Under the pieces are notes generated by a model. That model searched no databases, was not told the origin of the DNA, and saw only the letters and a list, made by a program, of their open reading frames with translations. 64,000 nucleotides of DNA from an uncultured Candidatus Saccharibacteria bacterium (GTDB taxonomy: Bacteria; Patescibacteriota; Minisyncoccia; Phycocordibacterales; G965230995). The stretch is taken from positions 528,213 to 592,212 of the forward strand of contig OZ246398.1 of the NCBI GenBank assembly GCA_965230995.1, in the 5' to 3' direction. Shown piece by piece: positions 18,215 through 26,891 of the stretch. How positions within the stretch are numbered: position 1 is the first letter of the stretch; every line of letters begins with the position of its first letter. The position numbers and the translations under genes were made by a program.

Positions 18215-20788
18215 ATGTCTAGTAAAATATTAAAAATAAATAAGGGTTCTGAATGGAGAAAGTGGGATTTACACCTACACTCTTTTTACACATCCATAAA
18301 TAATAAATTTTCGTCTTCTAGTGTTGATGATTATTTAAATAAAATTTCTAATGAAAATATTGAAGTTGTTGGATTAACTAACTATTTTAATTTTAGTGAT
18401 GACGACTGGAAGTTAAAAGAAAAATTGGAATCTAAAAACGTTGTTGTATTTTTGAATCTAGAACTACGATTAACTTACACTAATAAAGAAGATGATTGTT
18501 GTGATATACACATAATATTTTCAAATGATCTGACAAAGGAAAATATTAATACTTTTTTAACAAAATTAAACTGCTCAATATCTGGGTCACAAAAAACCCT
18601 TAGCACAATCACTACACAGGCAGATAAGACAAGTGCTGTAGTTGAGTTTTCTAAGATTATAGAAGTATTGAACGATCCAGCTGTATCTGAGCTAAAAAAT
18701 AAAATTCTTATAGGCATGCTTTCTCGAGGTAAAGGTAATTCGAGAAGCTCAAAAATGTACGCGTCTCTTACTAAAGATTGCAATTTTATAATTCATTCTT
18801 CTGAAAAAGTTAAGAATATTGATGATGATCTAAAATATTGGTCTGGGAATGATATCAAAAAACCCATAAAGAATAAAGCGTTATTTCAAAGTAGCGACGC
18901 ACATAGTATAGACGATATTGGTAAAAAATATTCTTGGGTTAAGGGTAACGCATGTTTTGAGACATTAAGGCAGTCAGTTGTAGACTATGAAAATAGAATT
19001 TTGATACAGGAAAGAAACCCTGCTGATAGTAAAAATGCCTCCCTTGAACTATTTATCGATAAAATAGAATATAAAGAAGGTAAAAAAACACACATTTTAT
19101 ATTTTAATAAAGACATAAATTCAATTATTGGTAAGAGAGGTGCTGGAAAATCTGTTTTGATTAAACACATAGCTTTTAATATCCTTGGGGGATCTTCTGT
19201 TAAAAAAATATCAAAACTTAATGATTTTAAAATATATTGGTGTGATGGTAAGTCTGAAAATAAATTTGTTGAATATATTCCACAAAATTATCTATCGTCA
19301 ATAACTTATGAAGATGGTGACAAATACGATAAACGCGACCAAGAACTTAGAACTCGATTATTTAATAACGAGCTATTTAAAAATGCCGACAAGACAAAAG
19401 TTGAGGCTATTAACTCCATAGAATTGAAAATTTATGAAAAAATAAAAGAATCTATAAGTCTACATAAACAAATAATTGAAACCAGTATCCAACTAAAACC
19501 ATTGGGAATTATTACAGATAAAGAAAAAGCTATAAAAACAAAGCAAGAGGAAATCAATAAAATTGGTAAAGTAAATATTAGTGATACAGATATTGAAAAT
19601 CAAAAAAAATATGTATCGGAAATAGAAATTTTGGAAAGAGAGATTAAACTTTTAACACAAGATGTTCAGATATTAGAAACTATAAAAAAAGATGGTGATT
19701 TAAGTTTTATCACTGTTGACGACGATGTGTTTTTGGGATTATCACAATCGACATTAGGTTTAATTAAAAAACAAATAAAAAAACTTTCTAGTAAAGAAAT
19801 TAAATCTTATTTAGAAAGTTTATTTGAGGAATTTAAAAATACAATTAATGAAAAGGAGAAAATAAGATTAACTACTGAAAATAATCTAAAGCCGATTAAT
19901 AAAAAACTACAGAAAAACAAAACGATAGAAAAAATACTAAAAGAAGTTAATAAACTTGAGAGTGATAGAAAAGAAATTGAAAATCTCAATAGATTTGTTA
20001 AGGATAGTAATAATAAAAAAGAAGTTTTGATCAATGAAATTGTTGATCTGTATTTATCCTTTAAAGACAAAATTGATGGCATTGTAAAATCTCTGAAAGA
20101 TAAATTTAATAGTTTTACTTTTATAACTTTTGATTTTACTGTTAGTTATAATACAGATTTATACAAAAAGGCGTTTTTTGATGTATATATCGACGCTCGA
20201 TCAGGCGAAAGATTTAGAAAGTTTATTGATGAGAAAAGAGATTTTAAAAAAGATGAAATATTAGAAATAGTTAATGATATTGTTTCTTGTTCGGATAAAG
20301 CAAAACTTAAAACTACAGGCGGAGATATGGAAAGTGCTTTAGTCACTCTTTTAAGTTGTAAGTATGATATAGATTTTACTAAATCAGTTAAATATAAGGA
20401 CAATAAAACTCTTGTCGATTTTGAAAATATGACTGGAGGACAAAAAGCAATGGCATTACTTGATTTAATTTTTAATCTTTCAAAGGGTGGTTATCCTATA
20501 ATTATTGATCAACCAGAAAATGATATAGATGTTTCTGGAATTTCAAATGAGTTAAGGAAATTGATAATAGATCAAAAAGAAAAAAGACAGGTGATAATGG
20601 CAACACATAGTCCAAACTTACTTTTACTAACTGATTCTGAAAACGTGGTAGTAGCAGAAAACGAGAGTAATAATATTGAGTATCACAATGGAGGAATTGA
20701 GGATTCTAAAATTCAAAATGAAATTGTAACTATTCTTGAGGGTGGTAAAAATGCACTAATGAAAAGAATGGAGAAATTGAACATCTAG
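18215..20788 (+). CDS. PHP phosphoesterase fused to coiled-coil ABC ATPase (TrlF/Ppl-like)
   Basis: GSEWRKWDLHLH and SDAH PHP motifs; Walker A IIGKRGAGKS; long coiled coil; MTGGQ signature, IIIDQPE Walker B, ATHSP. Confidence 0.85.
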   Translation: MSSKILKINKGSEWRKWDLHLHSFYTSINNKFSSSSVDDYLNKISNENIEVVGLTNYFNFSDDDWKLKEKLESKNVVVFLNLELRLTYTNKEDDCCDIHIIFSNDLTKENINTFLTKLNCSISGSQKTLSTITTQADKTSAVVEFSKIIEVLNDPAVSELKNKILIGMLSRGKGNSRSSKMYASLTKDCNFIIHSSEKVKNIDDDLKYWSGNDIKKPIKNKALFQSSDAHSIDDIGKKYSWVKGNACFETLRQSVVDYENRILIQERNPADSKNASLELFIDKIEYKEGKKTHILYFNKDINSIIGKRGAGKSVLIKHIAFNILGGSSVKKISKLNDFKIYWCDGKSENKFVEYIPQNYLSSITYEDGDKYDKRDQELRTRLFNNELFKNADKTKVEAINSIELKIYEKIKESISLHKQIIETSIQLKPLGIITDKEKAIKTKQEEINKIGKVNISDTDIENQKKYVSEIEILEREIKLLTQDVQILETIKKDGDLSFITVDDDVFLGLSQSTLGLIKKQIKKLSSKEIKSYLESLFEEFKNTINEKEKIRLTTENNLKPINKKLQKNKTIEKILKEVNKLESDRKEIENLNRFVKDSNNKKEVLINEIVDLYLSFKDKIDGIVKSLKDKFNSFTFITFDFTVSYNTDLYKKAFFDVYIDARSGERFRKFIDEKRDFKKDEILEIVNDIVSCSDKAKLKTTGGDMESALVTLLSCKYDIDFTKSVKYKDNKTLVDFENMTGGQKAMALLDLIFNLSKGGYPIIIDQPENDIDVSGISNELRKLIIDQKEKRQVIMATHSPNLLLLTDSENVVVAENESNNIEYHNGGIEDSKIQNEIVTILEGGKNALMKRMEKLNI

Positions 20789-20913
20789 GGAGCCTGCTCG
20801 CACCCATCTTGCCCTTGCGGGCTTGGTTTATGTACATACAAACGGGGATGGTGGGCCAGTGTGCAATACGAATTTGATTCGTTTCACCTATTGTGAGAGT
20901 GTTTGTGGCTTTC
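20788..20913. other. GC-enriched structured intergenic element between convergent genes
   Basis: Ends pair GGGAGCC/GGCTTTC and CTCGCA/TGTGAG; internal CCATC/GATGG, GCCC-TTGC-GGGC, ACGAAT-TTG-ATTCGT. Confidence 0.5.
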
Positions 20914-20914
20914 A

Positions 20915-21580
20915 TTAAACCCACTTAACCCCTTTCTTCCCAACGCTCACCAAATAATCATTAGTTTTGCTGAAATGCTTACAGCCGAAAAAGCCACTAT
21001 ATGCAGAAAATGGTGATGGATGTGGAGCCTCTAATATTAAATGTTTTTTGGAATCAATTAGTCCCTTTTTATTTCTCGCATAGTTTCCCCACAAAATGAA
21101 AACAACATTTTCTTTTTTATCTGAAATAGTTTTGATTATGCTATCAGTAAAAATCTCCCAGCCTTTGTTTTGATGTGACCCGGCAATTCCAGCTCGCACT
21201 GTTAGTGTTGCATTTAAAAGCAAAACACCTTGTTTTGACCAGTGTTCTAGATTTCCATTATTAGGAATTTCTCCTCCTATATCATTTACTATTTCCTTGT
21301 AAATATTTTTTAATGATGGGGGAATTGGAATATTTTCAGGTACAGAAAAACACAAACCGTGAGCTTGGTTTGGTCCGTGATATGGGTCTTGTCCTAATAT
21401 AACTACAGAGACGTTATCGAATGGGCAGAATCTGAAAGCATTAAAAACAAATTTTGGTGGCGGATATATTTTTGTCGAAAGATATTCATTTCTGACAAAA
21501 ACCGAAAGTTCCTTCCAATATGGCTTTTGGAATTCGTTTTCTAGCGCGTTTTTCCAGCTTTCTTCGATATCGATTTTCAT
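20915..21580 (-). CDS. ung: Uracil-DNA glycosylase family 1
   Basis: ILGQDPYH, AHGLCFSV, PPSL, LLLNATLTV, HPSP. Confidence 0.97.
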   Translation of the reverse strand: MKIDIEESWKNALENEFQKPYWKELSVFVRNEYLSTKIYPPPKFVFNAFRFCPFDNVSVVILGQDPYHGPNQAHGLCFSVPENIPIPPSLKNIYKEIVNDIGGEIPNNGNLEHWSKQGVLLLNATLTVRAGIAGSHQNKGWEIFTDSIIKTISDKKENVVFILWGNYARNKKGLIDSKKHLILEAPHPSPFSAYSGFFGCKHFSKTNDYLVSVGKKGVKWV

Positions 21581-21633
21581 AAGATTATTTTATTGTATAG
21601 CAAAAGGAAAATAAAATCTGCTAGAATATATAA

Positions 21634-21966
21634 GTGAACGAAATAACTACAATTGAACAGTGGGATAAATTACTAAAGGATTCCTACAAAAAATCAATAA
21701 TTTTATATAAACACAGCGACAATTGTCATGTTTGTGTAGAAAGTCAGAAAGAACTAGAAAATGGAATCTCGAATGGAAAGATAAAAGAAAAAGTAAACAA
21801 AATTTTAGTACCAAAATATAGAGAAATTGCTGATCAAATATCACAAGATTTATCTTTGGAACACGAATCTCCACAGCTCGTTATTGTAAAAGAAGGGCAG
21901 GTTTTATATTTTGCCAATCATCTTGATATTAATTCTGATGATATTGCTCTTTATATGAATCAATGA
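21634..21966 (+). CDS. YtxJ/BrxC-like thioredoxin-fold redox protein
   Basis: YKHSDNCHVC and HESPQL motifs; GTG start. Confidence 0.8.
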   Translation: MNEITTIEQWDKLLKDSYKKSIILYKHSDNCHVCVESQKELENGISNGKIKEKVNKILVPKYREIADQISQDLSLEHESPQLVIVKEGQVLYFANHLDINSDDIALYMNQ

Positions 21967-21984
21967 AATTGATATAATAGTTTT

Positions 21985-22239
21985 ATGGAAAAAACTAGAG
22001 TGCAAGAAATAATTAATAATATTCCTGAAATTTTGAATCCAACATTTCTTTGGATTATATTTGGTTTAGCGGTGGTTATTACAGCAATATTTTCTATTGC
22101 TCTTTTGTATCATTGGAGAGAATATGCTTCTGTTCATCACAAGAAACTTGTTCTTGCAGAAAAAGTCTACTTGATAGTCACTATTGTTTTGCTAATTACA
22201 TCACTCAGTACTCTTATTATTTATGTAAACTCACTATGA
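21985..22239 (+). CDS. Small two-TM membrane protein
   Basis: Two hydrophobic helices around LLYHWREY; ATGA overlap with next gene. Confidence 0.75.
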   Translation: MEKTRVQEIINNIPEILNPTFLWIIFGLAVVITAIFSIALLYHWREYASVHHKKLVLAEKVYLIVTIVLLITSLSTLIIYVNSL

Positions 22240-22772
22240 TGTTACCAATTGAACAGGACGAAAAAGTGGTTTATGAACTGAGACGACATTGGTTTGATAT
22301 TGTTTTGGTTGCGATATTCCTGCTTGCCATTTCTATCCTTCCAGCAATTTTTATTATATCTCTCGTAACATCTGGCAGCATCACTCTGCCGGTCAATCTT
22401 GATATTTTGCTGATTTTTCTTTTGTCTATTTGGGTTTTGTTTTTGTGGGTTACTTTTGCAATCAGGTGGACTGATTACTATCTCGATACTTGGATCGTTA
22501 CAAACAAGAGAATAATAGATATAGACCAGCAAGGGCTATTTAGACGCGATATTGCTACAGTTAGAATTGAAAATATCCAAGACGTAAAGGTAAAAGTATT
22601 TGGTATTATTCCGACTCTGATAAAGCTCGGTGATATACACTTGCAGACATCTGGAGAATCAAGAGAATTTGAACTATCTAGAGCTCACAATCCAGAACAA
22701 GCCAAACAAGAAATTCAAAAGTTGATGGACGAAAAAGCAAACGAAGTAAAGACAGTAAAGATGCAATCCTAA
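22236..22772 (+). CDS. Membrane protein with bacterial PH domain
   Basis: Two TM helices, then WIVTNKRIIDIDQQGLF..IQDV..GDIHLQTSG; start at ATG 22236. Confidence 0.82.
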   Translation: MMLPIEQDEKVVYELRRHWFDIVLVAIFLLAISILPAIFIISLVTSGSITLPVNLDILLIFLLSIWVLFLWVTFAIRWTDYYLDTWIVTNKRIIDIDQQGLFRRDIATVRIENIQDVKVKVFGIIPTLIKLGDIHLQTSGESREFELSRAHNPEQAKQEIQKLMDEKANEVKTVKMQS

Positions 22773-22815
22773 TTGCTCGTGGTACAATATTTCTATTAGA
22801 AGTAATAAAAAATAA

Positions 22816-23379
22816 ATGATAAAGATAAACGAAACCGTGCCTGATTTTTCGACTAGGGCATATCACAATGGAAAATTTACGGATATAAAGCTTTCAGATT
22901 ACAAAGGCAAATGGGTAGCTGTTGTTTTTTATCCTGCTGATTTTACTTTTGTTTGTCCAACAGAACTTGAAGATTTGCAAAATTATTATGAAGAATTTAA
23001 AAAGGCTGGAGCCGAAATACTTTCAGTTTCAAAAGATACTGAATTTGTTCATAAGGCATGGCACGATAATTCGCCTGCGATAGGAAAAATTACATATCCT
23101 ATGCTTGCAGATCCAACTGGAAAATTATGTAAACTCTTTGGTACGTATATCGAGGATGATGGTCTCTCGCTACGCGGTACATTTTTGATTGATCCAAACG
23201 GAATTTTGAAAACAATAGAAATTCACGATAACAGTATCGGAAGGAACGCAAAAGAATTACTTCGAAAAGTCCAAGCGGCAAAATTTGTATCAGAAAATGA
23301 TGGGCAAGTCTGTCCAGCTAGCTGGGAACCTGGAAAAGACACCCTCACACCAGGTGAAGATTTGGTAGGGAAGATTTAA
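22816..23379 (+). CDS. ahpC: Alkyl hydroperoxide reductase C (2-Cys peroxiredoxin)
   Basis: FYPADFTFVCPTE and VCPASW. Confidence 0.97.
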   Translation: MIKINETVPDFSTRAYHNGKFTDIKLSDYKGKWVAVVFYPADFTFVCPTELEDLQNYYEEFKKAGAEILSVSKDTEFVHKAWHDNSPAIGKITYPMLADPTGKLCKLFGTYIEDDGLSLRGTFLIDPNGILKTIEIHDNSIGRNAKELLRKVQAAKFVSENDGQVCPASWEPGKDTLTPGEDLVGKI

Positions 23380-23385
23380 AAAATA

Positions 23386-23426
23386 ATAAAACAGCACGGA
23401 TGCCTTCGGCATCCGTGCTGTTTTAT
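23386..23426. terminator. 19-bp perfect hairpin, bidirectional terminator-like
   Basis: ATAAAACAGCACGGATGCC-ttc-GGCATCCGTGCTGTTTTAT. Confidence 0.85.
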
Positions 23427-23440
23427 GTGTGGATAAAAAT

Positions 23441-23468
23441 TTGACAATACCGATAAAAATTGTAGCAT
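23441..23468 (+). promoter_or_regulatory. Sigma70 promoter of the GC-rich small gene
   Basis: TTGACA-16 nt-TAGCAT, placed just before the GC content jumps. Confidence 0.6.
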
Positions 23469-23555
23469 TAATCAGATGACCGCCACTGTGTGACGGTCTG
23501 ACACCTTCGGGTGTCGCATTATTTCCAACGGTGTGTTAGTGAAGGAGTTAGTCTT

Positions 23556-23798
23556 ATGGCTGACCAGCACCAGGGCCTGAGGAAGCGTATCAAGGAGATC
23601 CTCAAGGGCCAAAAGGTGGACATCAACACCGTGAACAGGGTGATGAAGCCGTTTGAGAACGGCGACATCAACGGCGGCATTTCGATGGCGAAGCGGTTGC
23701 TTCCTCCCGTTGTCTCGCAGGCGATCGAGAGGGCGGTCTCTGACCGGTTCAATCGCCGGGAAGTCACTACCAAGTTCCGGCTCGCGGACGCCTCGTAG
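23556..23798 (+). CDS. 80-aa basic helical hypothetical protein in a GC-rich unit
   Basis: AAGGAG Shine-Dalgarno 8 nt before ATG 23556; MADQHQGLRKRIKEIL...LADAS; G/C-ending codons; hairpins on both sides. Confidence 0.7.
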   Translation: MADQHQGLRKRIKEILKGQKVDINTVNRVMKPFENGDINGGISMAKRLLPPVVSQAIERAVSDRFNRREVTTKFRLADAS

Positions 23799-23812
23799 TC
23801 GGCAAGTTTCCA

Positions 23813-23870
23813 GCGGGTTCCCACCTTCTAGCCAAGGGTGGGGCCCGCAGCTAGTCCGTAGTTCTTTTTT
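23813..23870 (+). terminator. GC-rich 3' hairpin with downstream T-run
   Basis: GCGGGTTCCCACCTT..AAGGGTGGGGCCCGC (23813-23848); T6 at 23865-23870, not directly abutting. Confidence 0.5.
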
Positions 23871-23959
23871 GTTCATTTGTAATGTTGAGGGCGGTACTAT
23901 GGTTTCCATAGGCCGCTTTGTTTGTTTATAAAATCAACATGTTAAGATATAATCACAAT

Positions 23960-25369
23960 ATGAACAACATTTTACCGACGACTTTTATAATAATGGGTGT
24001 TACTGGAGATTTGGCAAAAAACAAACTACTCCCTGCTCTCGCTGACTTGTCGGTAAAGAATCTATTACCAAAAGATTTTAGAATCGTTGGCTTTTCCAGA
24101 AGAGAAATGTCCCCTGATGAATATAGTAATTTTGTAAAAGAGTCTCTTGATAAAAAACAGAAATATTCAGACAAACAGATTTCTGATTTTATCGAACGCA
24201 CAGAATATGTTCGTGGGGATTTCAGTAGTCTAGAAAGTTTTAAAAATCTAAAGGCAAGAGTGACAGAAATAGATAATGAAAGAGGTGTTTGCGGTAATAA
24301 AATGATATATCTTTCTGTACCGCCTTCACTTTACGAAACCTTGTTTGAAAATATTTCAAAATCAGGATTATCAAAACCTTGTGGTGGCGAAAATGACTGG
24401 GCGAGAATTCTTGTTGAAAAGCCATTTGGAAACAATACAGAAACTGCAAAAAAATTAGAAGAAAAGCTTTCTGCAAATTTTAAAGAAGAACAGATTTTTA
24501 GAATTGACCATTATCTTGCAAAAGAAGTTTTGCAAAATATTTTGACATTTAGGTTCAGTAACACAATGTTTGAACCTTTGTGGAATAAAAAACACATAAA
24601 ATCAGTCCATATACATTTCTTTGAATCTGGTGATGTATCAAAAAGGGGAACATTTTATGATTCGATCGGGGCTCTTCGTGATGTGGGGCAAAATCATATG
24701 CTTCAAATGCTTGCGCTCATAGCAATGGAAAAACCAAAAAATTTCATCTGCGCTGATATACGAAAAGAAAGGGCTAAAGCTCTTTCAAAATTAAAGATAA
24801 ATGGTAGTGAATTTCTTCGGGGGAGATATGTTGGTTATACAAGCGAAGATGGAGTGTCACCAGAATCACAAACAGAAACATTTTTCAGTCTTAAAACCTA
24901 TGTAGATAATTCTAGATGGAAAAATGTGCCGTTTTTCCTTGTGAGCGGAAAAGCGTTAAAAGAATCTAGAGTTGAGATAAAAATACGTTTTATCGATCCA
25001 GATCCTTCTTCTGTTCTTCCGATTGAATATCCAGACCAGGAACAAAATACTCTAACTTTTAGAATACAGCCTCACGAAGGAATCGGTCTTTTGTTTTGGT
25101 TTAGGGTGCCTGGCTTTGGTTCAAAAATCGAACCTCAAACATTAAAATTCAATTATGCAGATAGTGAGAGCTCGCGAGTGATCCCAGATGCTTATGAAAA
25201 GGTTCTCTATGACTGTATATCCGGAGACCAGACTCTTTTTGCAAGCAGTAAAGAGGTGGAGTTTTCATGGAAATATATTACAAAAATTATGGATCTATGG
25301 AAAAACTCTCCAATGATAGAATATGAAAAGGGAAGCGACCCGTTTTCTATCGGCAAGCAAAAAAAATAG
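23960..25369 (+). CDS. zwf: Glucose-6-phosphate 1-dehydrogenase
   Basis: GVTGDLA, VEKPFG, RIDHYLAKE, RDVGQNH; start at MNNIL. Confidence 0.96.
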   Translation: MNNILPTTFIIMGVTGDLAKNKLLPALADLSVKNLLPKDFRIVGFSRREMSPDEYSNFVKESLDKKQKYSDKQISDFIERTEYVRGDFSSLESFKNLKARVTEIDNERGVCGNKMIYLSVPPSLYETLFENISKSGLSKPCGGENDWARILVEKPFGNNTETAKKLEEKLSANFKEEQIFRIDHYLAKEVLQNILTFRFSNTMFEPLWNKKHIKSVHIHFFESGDVSKRGTFYDSIGALRDVGQNHMLQMLALIAMEKPKNFICADIRKERAKALSKLKINGSEFLRGRYVGYTSEDGVSPESQTETFFSLKTYVDNSRWKNVPFFLVSGKALKESRVEIKIRFIDPDPSSVLPIEYPDQEQNTLTFRIQPHEGIGLLFWFRVPGFGSKIEPQTLKFNYADSESSRVIPDAYEKVLYDCISGDQTLFASSKEVEFSWKYITKIMDLWKNSPMIEYEKGSDPFSIGKQKK

Positions 25370-25411
25370 GATATGCTATAATACTGCCGTTATACATAAA
25401 AGAAAAAAACA

Positions 25412-25642
25412 ATGTCACTCAAAACTTTTTTGATGAAGAAGATGATAAAGAGCAAGATGAAAGGAGTTCCAGATGAACAGATAGACAAAATCCTAGAGGT
25501 TATCGACAAAAATCCTGATTTTTTCAAAAAAATTGCAAGCGAAATTGAACACGAAACTAAAAACGGTAAAAATCAGCAAGCCGCAACAATGGAAGTAATG
25601 CGAAAATACCAGGGAGAAATCCAAAAAATGATGCAAGGATAA
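25412..25642 (+). CDS. Small helical hypothetical protein
   Basis: 76-aa ORF filling the gap, with an upstream TGCTATAAT and a downstream terminator. Confidence 0.75.
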   Translation: MSLKTFLMKKMIKSKMKGVPDEQIDKILEVIDKNPDFFKKIASEIEHETKNGKNQQAATMEVMRKYQGEIQKMMQG

Positions 25643-25646
25643 AGAA

Positions 25647-25674
25647 AACAAAAACGCCCAAGGGCGTTTTTGTT
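25647..25674. terminator. Bidirectional intrinsic terminator
   Basis: AACAAAAACGCCC-aa-GGGCGTTTTTGTT. Confidence 0.8.
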
Positions 25675-25690
25675 ATGATATAATCCGCAT

Positions 25691-26851
25691 ATGAAAAGAT
25701 CGGTATATCTGGATAATTCGGCAACAACACCCGTTTCAAAGGATGTATTTAATGCTATGAAGCCGTATTTTGTAGAATCATTTGGTAACCCTTCGGCAAT
25801 GTATGAAATAGGAAGAAAAAACAAAGATGCGATCGAGAATTCTAGAAATAAAATAGCTAATCTCATTAATGCGAACAAATCAGAGATTATATTTACAAGT
25901 GGCGGAACAGAATCAGATAACCTTGCTATTTTAGGAATTGCTAGAGCAAACAGAGATATTGGCAACCATATAATCGTCTCGAGTATAGAGCACAAAGCCA
26001 TAATCGACCCTTGCAAAAAATTATCCAAAGAAGGTTTTGAGATTACATATCTAAAAGTCGACTCAAATGGAAATATCTCACTTGAAGACCTAGAAAAAAA
26101 TATTAGGCATGACACGATTTTGGTTTCTATTATGTCTGCCAATAATGAAATAGGTACAATTGCACAGATAGAAAGAATTTCTCAAATTATTAAAAACAAA
26201 AATAAAAAAACTATATTTCATACTGATGCGTGCCAATATGCACCCTGGTATAAAATAGATGTTCTGAAAATGGGTGTAGATAGTCTAACCGCAAGTTCAT
26301 CTAAAATATACGGACCAAAAGGTGTTGGCTTTTTGTATTTAAAAACAGGCATTAAAATTGAACCAATAATTTTTGGTGGTGGTCAGGAGAGGAACATAAG
26401 ATCAGGAACAGAAAACGTCGCAGGTATTGTCGGTATGACAAAGGCTCTAGAGCTAATTTCAAAAAAACATAAAGATATTAAAAAAGTTTCTAAACTGCGA
26501 GATTATTTATTTAGTGAAATTACAAAAAATATTCAAGGTGTACATTTAAACGGCAGTCTGGAAAATAGGCTTCCAAATAACCTAAATGTTTCGTTTGAAG
26601 GTGTCGAGGGGGAATCTTTGGTGTTAATGCTAGATAATAGCGGAATATTTGTTTCTACAGGGTCTGCTTGTTCTTCTTCTGATCTAAATCCATCCCATGT
26701 CTTGCTTGCAATTGGTACGCCAATTGAATTAGCACATTGTAGTATAAGATTTTCGCTTGGATATGATACAAAAAAATCTGATATTGATTATGCTGTTTCT
26801 TGTCTAACAAAATCAGTTGAAAAGATTAGAAAAATGTCTTCTCTAAAATAG
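25691..26851 (+). CDS. iscS: Cysteine desulfurase (IscS/NifS type)
   Basis: YLDNSATT, FTSGGTES, HTDACQ, SSKIYGPKG, STGSACSS. Confidence 0.93.
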   Translation: MKRSVYLDNSATTPVSKDVFNAMKPYFVESFGNPSAMYEIGRKNKDAIENSRNKIANLINANKSEIIFTSGGTESDNLAILGIARANRDIGNHIIVSSIEHKAIIDPCKKLSKEGFEITYLKVDSNGNISLEDLEKNIRHDTILVSIMSANNEIGTIAQIERISQIIKNKNKKTIFHTDACQYAPWYKIDVLKMGVDSLTASSSKIYGPKGVGFLYLKTGIKIEPIIFGGGQERNIRSGTENVAGIVGMTKALELISKKHKDIKKVSKLRDYLFSEITKNIQGVHLNGSLENRLPNNLNVSFEGVEGESLVLMLDNSGIFVSTGSACSSSDLNPSHVLLAIGTPIELAHCSIRFSLGYDTKKSDIDYAVSCLTKSVEKIRKMSSLK

Positions 26852-26891
26852 CTATTTACACTTTTACAATTTACCTTTAATCTTACAAAAT

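Noticed and set aside
20788-20920. Integron attC site or SRP RNA
   Set aside because: No RYYYAAC/GTTRRRY box pair in the expected layout and no SRP domain IV motif
23472-23931. Three extra overlapping ORFs in the GC-rich patch, and the idea that it is tmRNA
   Set aside because: High GC lowers stop frequency and only ATG 23556 has an SD and promoter; no tRNA-like GGGG..CCA ends or Ala-Ala-ending tag
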